Of a stretch of 64,000 bases of DNA, positions 62,231 through 64,000 are shown piece after piece. Within the stretch, counting starts at the first letter, position 1. Every line of letters begins with the position of its first letter. The stretch is from Eledone cirrhosa (lineage: Eukaryota): assembly GCA_964016885.1 (NCBI GenBank), contig OZ024742.1, positions 252,588,001 through 252,652,000 on the forward strand, read 5' to 3'. Made by a program: the position numbers and the translations under genes. The notes beneath the pieces were generated by a model, which saw only the letters and a program-made list of their open reading frames with translations, made no database searches and had not been told where the DNA came from.

Positions 62231-62916
62231 TTTGTTTTCTCTACTAGCAAGGGTTGAATGGGTTGTCACAAGCTGTGTCAATATGCAAACAGAGTTATTG
62301 ACCTAAGAAGGTTGTCATATTTTTGACACAGCTGAAGAGTCCAGAAAATTGGTAGAATTGTTATGTTGTTGGATGTATTGCTTTGCAGTATTTGTTCCAT
62401 CACTCTGCACTTAATTCAAATTCTGCTGAGGAAAACATTACCTTTCATCCTTTTGGGATATCAATAATAAAGTACCAGTCCAATACTAGGATTTATTTAT
62501 CTCTGTGGAAGAAATCAGCTGTAGTCAAAGATAGAGAGTGTTGGGAGCTAGCAACCTGTGAAGTAATGTGTAAGTGTTTGTGTAATCCACAGACACCTTT
62601 AACATCATTCCCAAGCCAAATCAGTTTGATACAATATATGTCCATCCAGTAGGTTTCCACACAGTTTCTATCTACTTAATTTTCATTCATCTGACCCAAA
62701 GCTATAGTAAAGACACTTGTCCAAGATGTAAGTCTTGAGACTATGGTAAAGATATTTGCCCTAGATACCATGTACAATGAACTAACTCTGAACCTCATGA
62801 TTGCACATTGGGTTTCTTAATCTTTCAACCAGCTGTCTCCACATGTATCTTTAAACATACAACATCAACATTAAAAGTTAAAAATTTATTTGTGGTTTCA
62901 CTTTCCTTATTTGCAG

Positions 62917-63096
62917 GATATTTTTGTGACTCTGTCCCAACTGGATAGCAATCTCTATTTTATGTGTAACATTGATGACTTCAAATTTCTGGCTGACATG
63001 ATAGAACACGTCCCTCTATCTCTGAGGGTTCGTTATGTCTTTTGTTGTTCTCCAATTCCCAAAAAACAACCCTTTGTTTGCACGGGTTTTCTCAAG
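62917..63096 (+). CDS. SUPV3L1: SUV3 exon 13 (gene continues beyond the window)
   Basis: ttgcag| [60 protein letters not shown] |gtttgt. Confidence 0.96.
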
Positions 63097-64000
63097 GTTT
63101 GTCAACTTTTTTCATACTTCTTCAACTGAAAAATGAATAAAATTTTCTAATTTTCAGACAGGGGATAATTCTTTTGGATGGAATCAATTAAATTTTAGGG
63201 TTTAGGTTTTTTATCAACTTCATTACTACAATGTAAATAAATTAACTATTTCATTATTGTATTTCTAATTAAATATGTACCAGTCTTCATCTTCATCATT
63301 TAATATTTGCTGTCCCTGCTAAGAAGGGAAGGAGAGGTCATCAACAGACCAAGTTGGTACTGAAGCAGAGCTACTGATTCTTCAGATGGACTGGAAGTCT
63401 GCATTTGGCTTATATACATTCCTGCGCTCTACTGAGAGTTGAGACGGGCTGGTGGTCTGCAACTCCCTTACATATGATCTCATGCTATACTAAGTGCACT
63501 TTATCATGACACCAACAGTAGGGAAATTGTCATGTTTGTGACACAGCTGAACAGTCTTCTACTCATTGCTATTGGGACAGAGTTGGTTACCTGCAGGAGT
63601 GATCTCTGTGAGTTGGAATGACTGTTCCAGCATGTCTCCCTTGCCATCCTCTGAGGCAACATCTTCTCTATTCTGTCCCTAGGGATGACAAGGCAGATTA
63701 ATCCTTAAATATGAGTGAAGTTGTTTGTGTCTAGAAGGTCAAATGAGAATCCAAGTGTAGACTTGATAGCGAAATTTAGATTGAAATTTTTATATCTGTA
63801 CTAATGGACAGATTTTTGTGAAAATTTGCTGTAAACTTAAGTAAAAACTTTAATACTTAATGTATGCAGTCATGGTGCTGTTTTGTATATTTCAAGAATG
63901 TCTTGCTAATGTGGCTTCATATGGTACATGGCATTAAAGGTTAGCCCCTCCCCTACTCAGAAACTCATCCACCATCCAAATAGTTAACATTCTTTTCAAA

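Overview
This is repeat-dense animal genomic DNA; the microsatellite load and the RTE, SINE and Penelope content suggest an octopus or other coleoid cephalopod (inference only). The one host gene I can reconstruct is the mitochondrial RNA helicase SUV3 (SUPV3L1) on the + strand: 13 coding exons from 24263 to 63096 (593 codons, all splice phases consistent), with a GC-AG first intron, continuing past the window. The rest is mostly mobile DNA: many copies of an RTE-clade LINE with a C4HC3 PHD finger inserted inside the reverse transcriptase, a second RTE family with C-terminal C2H2 fingers, CR1-group and mariner remnants, tRNA-derived SINEs, minisatellites and simple repeats. Reading the non-coding sequence reveals several type I hammerhead ribozyme motifs: a tandem pair about 574 nt apart with no ORF (retrozyme-like), a pair in the inverted pseudo-LTRs of a Penelope GIY-YIG remnant, one antisense in SUV3 intron 1, and a U3-A8 variant in sense in intron 10. 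There is also a near-perfect 139-bp hairpin just upstream of SUV3 exon 9 and a 4-kb 41-bp minisatellite rich in CRE sites. Repeat boundaries were set by eye and are approximate.
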